A model generated the notes under the pieces. That model did no database searches and had not been told where the DNA came from. It saw only the letters and a list, made by a program, of their open reading frames with translations. From Promethearchaeota archaeon (GTDB lineage Archaea > Asgardarchaeota > Lokiarchaeia > Sigyniarchaeales > SOKP01): DNA of 64,000 bases. This document shows, piece after piece, positions 60,347 to 64,000 of the stretch. A program made the translations under genes and the position numbers. Location: positions 576,001-640,000 of the forward strand of contig JAHPZA010000006.1 in NCBI GenBank assembly GCA_019058445.1, written 5' to 3'. Each line of letters begins with the position of its first letter. Position 1 is the stretch's first letter.

Positions 60347-62362
60347 TTATTTTAGGGGCACCGTTAAGGTTTCCATATGATACAAATCTTCAACCACAAA
60401 ATCCAAATCAAGCCTATTAAGGGTTTCTATTAACGGATAGCTATTCTCAGGATTCCATCCATATTCTTTGCATACTTTTTTGTAAAAATCTTGATAATAT
60501 ATTATAATTCCTTTTGTAGGACCACGAGTAAAGGGAGGATTCCCAAAAATTCGCCCGTTTAGCCTATTCTCTGCAATATTAACTCCTTCTCTTAGGGTGA
60601 ATGTTTGCCTTAAAGTTTGAATTCTTAATCCAGTTTCTTCAATTTCCTCTAGAGTGATCTTCCACCCTGTAAGAGCGTTAATAAGTTCTCTAATAGGATA
60701 TTGCCCAAAATAGTTCGACATCATGCATAATCCTGCGCAATTAACATATTGACATATTCCATTTACGATTTTTTGTGCTTGGACTTTTTTTTTATCATCT
60801 TTTTGCCAATTCTTAGGGAATTTCAAGCCTTTTAAGAACACATCAGGGCTTCTCATACCTGCTGCCATGTCAACACTTGCTGCTGTATGTCTTCCCGGTG
60901 TTGGATCAAAAGCATATGAATACCCTAATGAAGCAAAGTGAAGCGGACTATGCATTCCTATTTCCTGCCCTAAAGAATGAATCGAATATTTTTCACTCCC
61001 TTTACCAATTTTCTCGGCGGCTATTTTACTTCCATCAGCAAGAATATCGCCAATCCCCTCTCGCTTAATAATTTTCTTAACTAATTTCACTATTGCTTTA
61101 GAATTTCCCCAAGTCAACTCTAAACCATCTGTATCATTTAAAGTTAAAATACCATTTTCATAACATTCGATTGCGAAGGCAACTGTTCCACCCACGGAAA
61201 TTGTATCAATTGCTGCGCGATTACATAACTCATTAATTTGGAATATGGAAAGTAAATCATCATTTAAAAGCATCCCTCCGAAAGACGCGCACGTTTCATA
61301 TTCAGGGATGTGAGTTTCTTCTAAATCTACCTCTGGCACCTTCAATTTAGCTCCGCACTGAACAGGACATGTAAAACATCCGTAGTCTTTAATCTTATAT
61401 TTTTCAATTTCACTTGCGGAAATATTTTTACTTACACTATAAGGAAAATCATACATGCCAATTCCAGCCCAATTTTTAATTGGTGAATCACCAACTTCTG
61501 CCAATATCGTATTACCTGTAGAAGTACCATATCTCCTCCAGATTTCTCTCATTATTTCAGGAGACATTGAGGTATTCATCCGAAATCGCCTTATCATTTT
61601 TGCCATTTTAGGAGAGTTATTGATAAGCCATCTTCCAAAGAATCCCGGTTTTTTTCCTTCAGTTTCGCTATGATACGCCCTTACATTTTCCATAAAGTTA
61701 TCTCGATCATGATATTCTACTTTTCGATGTCCTTTTAAAACTAACATTTTGAGTTTTTTCGAACCCATCACTGCACCTAATCCAGACCTGGCAGCAATGC
61801 GCCCTTTATCATTTGCTATCCCTGAAATTAATGAAATCTGCTCACCTGCTTGCCCTATTCCAGCAGTTTTTATATATTTTCCGTGCTTTTTTTTCAGTCT
61901 GTTTTCCGCTTCAATAATATCTAAACCCCATATCTCTGATGCGTCTAAAATCTCCAAAGTTTCATCGATAATCAGAATATATTTCGGTGTATTAGCCTTT
62001 CCTTTAATGAAAATAGCATCATATCCGCATTTTTTTATCTCTGGTCCAAAAGTCCCTCCTGAGTTTGAATCTCCCCAAGTTCCCGTTAAGGGGGATTTAC
62101 CCGCAACCATATATCTTCCTGAAAAAGGTGCAGGTGTGCCCGTTAATAAACCGGGAAAGAATCCAAATATTGATTCAGGCCCAAGTGGATCATATTCTGA
62201 TTTAGTATTATCATAAATAATTTTACATGCTAAACCGTATCCACCTAAAAATTGTCGATAGATTTGATCTGGAATTTTCTCTTCTTTAAAAGATTCATTA
62301 AATAAATCAACCCATAAAATTTTACCATAAAAACCTTTATTCATCTTTATAATCACATCCAA
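60347..62362 (-). CDS. aor: Aldehyde:ferredoxin oxidoreductase (tungsten/molybdopterin)
   Basis: KSPLTG, AARSGLGAVMGSK, CFTCPVQC, PEYET, DTIS. Confidence 0.92.
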   Translation of the reverse strand: MDVIIKMNKGFYGKILWVDLFNESFKEEKIPDQIYRQFLGGYGLACKIIYDNTKSEYDPLGPESIFGFFPGLLTGTPAPFSGRYMVAGKSPLTGTWGDSNSGGTFGPEIKKCGYDAIFIKGKANTPKYILIIDETLEILDASEIWGLDIIEAENRLKKKHGKYIKTAGIGQAGEQISLISGIANDKGRIAARSGLGAVMGSKKLKMLVLKGHRKVEYHDRDNFMENVRAYHSETEGKKPGFFGRWLINNSPKMAKMIRRFRMNTSMSPEIMREIWRRYGTSTGNTILAEVGDSPIKNWAGIGMYDFPYSVSKNISASEIEKYKIKDYGCFTCPVQCGAKLKVPEVDLEETHIPEYETCASFGGMLLNDDLLSIFQINELCNRAAIDTISVGGTVAFAIECYENGILTLNDTDGLELTWGNSKAIVKLVKKIIKREGIGDILADGSKIAAEKIGKGSEKYSIHSLGQEIGMHSPLHFASLGYSYAFDPTPGRHTAASVDMAAGMRSPDVFLKGLKFPKNWQKDDKKKVQAQKIVNGICQYVNCAGLCMMSNYFGQYPIRELINALTGWKITLEEIEETGLRIQTLRQTFTLREGVNIAENRLNGRIFGNPPFTRGPTKGIIIYYQDFYKKVCKEYGWNPENSYPLIETLNRLDLDFVVEDLYHMETLTVPLK

Positions 62363-62585
62363 TGTTAATTAATTTTTAAAATATTTTTACCCAACTCAAT
62401 TCTTAAGATGGGGAAAAAAAATTTGTTAGGTACGAAAATGTAACCTATCTTTAAATAAGAAAATTAATTTATACTATTTAAAACAAGAAGAGAAATAATA
62501 CTCATTAATAGAGTCATACTACATTAACAGAGTTTGACTACACTTACTTTTAAATTAAAAAAAATAGGCATAAAGCTGATATCTT

Positions 62586-63125
62586 ATGATAAAGATGGAT
62601 AATGGAAAAAATGGGAAATATGGAGCTCATGACAATTATCGGGAATTAATAGAATTAATTCCCACCATCCAAAATGCTGTCTTGAAAGGATTAACTCGTG
62701 ATTTAAAAACCCACGTATATGATGCAAAAAGGATTAGAATAAAGGCAACAATGTACAAACAGGTATTTCGATTAATTCAAAATAAATGGTCTCTTGAAAT
62801 TTATTACACGATTGTAATGTATAAAAATTGTGGATATAACGATCTCAAAAGAGCATTACCTGGTCTGAATTCAAGAACCTTGACGGATAAACTGCAATAT
62901 TTAGAAAAAGAACATATTATTTCGCGAACTATTAAGAATGAACGTCCTATTAGAGTAAATTATGCTGTAACTCAACGTGGTAAAAGAATGTTCCTTCTCT
63001 TGGTTCCATTTATGGTTTATAGCATACTACCTCCAAGTATTATAAAACAATTACCAGATATTAATTCAATAGAACAGGATGTTGATTCATTAATATCTCA
63101 AGAAATTGAGGAAATTCAATATTAA
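62586..63125 (+). CDS. HxlR-family winged-helix regulator
   Basis: NKWSLEI, LPGLNSRTLTDKL, PIRVNY. Confidence 0.85.
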   Translation: MIKMDNGKNGKYGAHDNYRELIELIPTIQNAVLKGLTRDLKTHVYDAKRIRIKATMYKQVFRLIQNKWSLEIYYTIVMYKNCGYNDLKRALPGLNSRTLTDKLQYLEKEHIISRTIKNERPIRVNYAVTQRGKRMFLLLVPFMVYSILPPSIIKQLPDINSIEQDVDSLISQEIEEIQY

Positions 63126-63150
63126 AAAATAAAAAAGGGCATTTAAATCC

Positions 63151-63729
63151 TCACAGTCGATTCCGTGGTTTTGGAGGACAATAAAATACAGATGGATTTG
63201 TTCCAGCTTCGGGTATAAGCTGGAATCCCTCCCGAGATGCGATTTTTTGTGAAACTACACTATCAGGGTCATTCAGATCCCCAAAATAGATTGCTTGACC
63301 CTCGCAGCAGATCACACAGAAAGGTTGAATCCCTTTATCTATTCTGTGAACACAAAGATTACACTTTTCTATTGTATTCTTGTCTTGATTATATAGGATA
63401 ACATTATAAGGACAAGCTGCTATACATGCTTGACATCCATCACAGTTCTCTTCTATATAAATAACGGGGCCATCTTCTCGTTTAACCAATGCTTCATTGG
63501 GACAAGCTGCTACACAAGGGGGGTTAGAACAATGATTACAAAGACGTGGCAACCATTCAAATCTTACATCGGGATATTGTCCTGATGGCGTGTCTTTTTG
63601 GGAAACATTTCGAGTCTCAACTTGAATCCAGTGTCCTATTGAGTTATTCTCAATTTTACAAGCGACAGTACAAGCGTCACATCCTATACATCGTTCCTGG
63701 TCAATAACTAAACCTAATCTTTTGCTCAT
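63151..63729 (-). CDS. 4Fe-4S dicluster subunit (DmsB/NrfC-like)
   Basis: CIGCDACTVAC, CNHCSNPPCVAACP, CDGCQACIAACP, CNLC..PFCVICC. Confidence 0.92.
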   Translation of the reverse strand: MSKRLGLVIDQERCIGCDACTVACKIENNSIGHWIQVETRNVSQKDTPSGQYPDVRFEWLPRLCNHCSNPPCVAACPNEALVKREDGPVIYIEENCDGCQACIAACPYNVILYNQDKNTIEKCNLCVHRIDKGIQPFCVICCEGQAIYFGDLNDPDSVVSQKIASREGFQLIPEAGTNPSVFYCPPKPRNRL

Positions 63730-64000
63730 TACTCTCCCTCCTTATATTTAATAACTTCCACTGCTACATCATTCATATGCATGTTTGGCTCATATATTTT
63801 ATTTTGAACTGGATTGATTATATCATGTGTAAGATGGTTAACACTGCCCTCTTTAAATTGATCAATCCACCAACCTTCGGTAATATTAACAACTCCTGGT
63901 CCTACGGATTCACTTATTCTTGCTTTGAGCGTGGTTCGGGCTCTATCATTAAAAACAGTCACTATATCATCATCGGAAATATCTCTTGCCTCCGCATCTA
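63729..64000 (-). CDS. C-terminus of a molybdopterin oxidoreductase catalytic subunit (runs off the window edge)
   Basis: DAEARDI..VFNDR..VGPGVV...GWW..VNHLT molybdopterin-binding domain; coupled to the Fe-S subunit gene. Confidence 0.85.
   Translation of the reverse strand, partial: DAEARDISDDDIVTVFNDRARTTLKARISESVGPGVVNITEGWWIDQFKEGSVNHLTHDIINPVQNKIYEPNMHMNDVAVEVIKYKEGE

Noticed and set aside
1-64000. CRISPR array, rRNA, IS elements, and many short antisense ORFs in the track (e.g. 5749-6042, 19392-19811, 54047-54394, 61749-62216)
   Set aside because: No repeat-spacer array, rRNA-like tract or transposase seen; the antisense ORFs are shadows of well-supported genes

Overview
AT-rich archaeal window, most likely an Asgard archaeon of the Lokiarchaeia/Promethearchaeota type. 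This rests on many small Ras/Rab/MglA-like GTPases, roadblock and longin domains, four SCP2 proteins, GGTGA Shine-Dalgarno motifs and intron-containing tRNAs. Main points: (1) An ArsR-divergent arsenic/mercury cluster (DUF166, acr3, arsM, SAM-methyltransferase-HgcA fusion, hgcB, Cys-rich protein) ends in a MoaD/ubiquitin-like gene whose apparent stop is Cys-TGA-TGA. It is followed by 37 more open codons, TAA and immediately a eukaryote-type SECIS hairpin, i.e. a candidate new selenoprotein. (2) A four-gene Smc5/6-like operon: degenerate AAA protein, SMC, kleisin and an Nse1-like KITE protein. (3) A GTPase/roadblock cluster in which the switch modules are fused to DNA-binding domains (Rab-Rab-wHTH, wHTH-roadblock, pseudo-MglA-RHH), with a duplicated 66-aa gene and phased operator-like repeats. 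(4) tRNA-Asp with two non-canonical introns and tRNA-Arg with a D-loop intron. (5) Evidence for AUA/AUU start codons. (6) Several unannotated small proteins. The rest is housekeeping and lipid/redox metabolism. All calls come from reading motifs by eye; no database searches were run.
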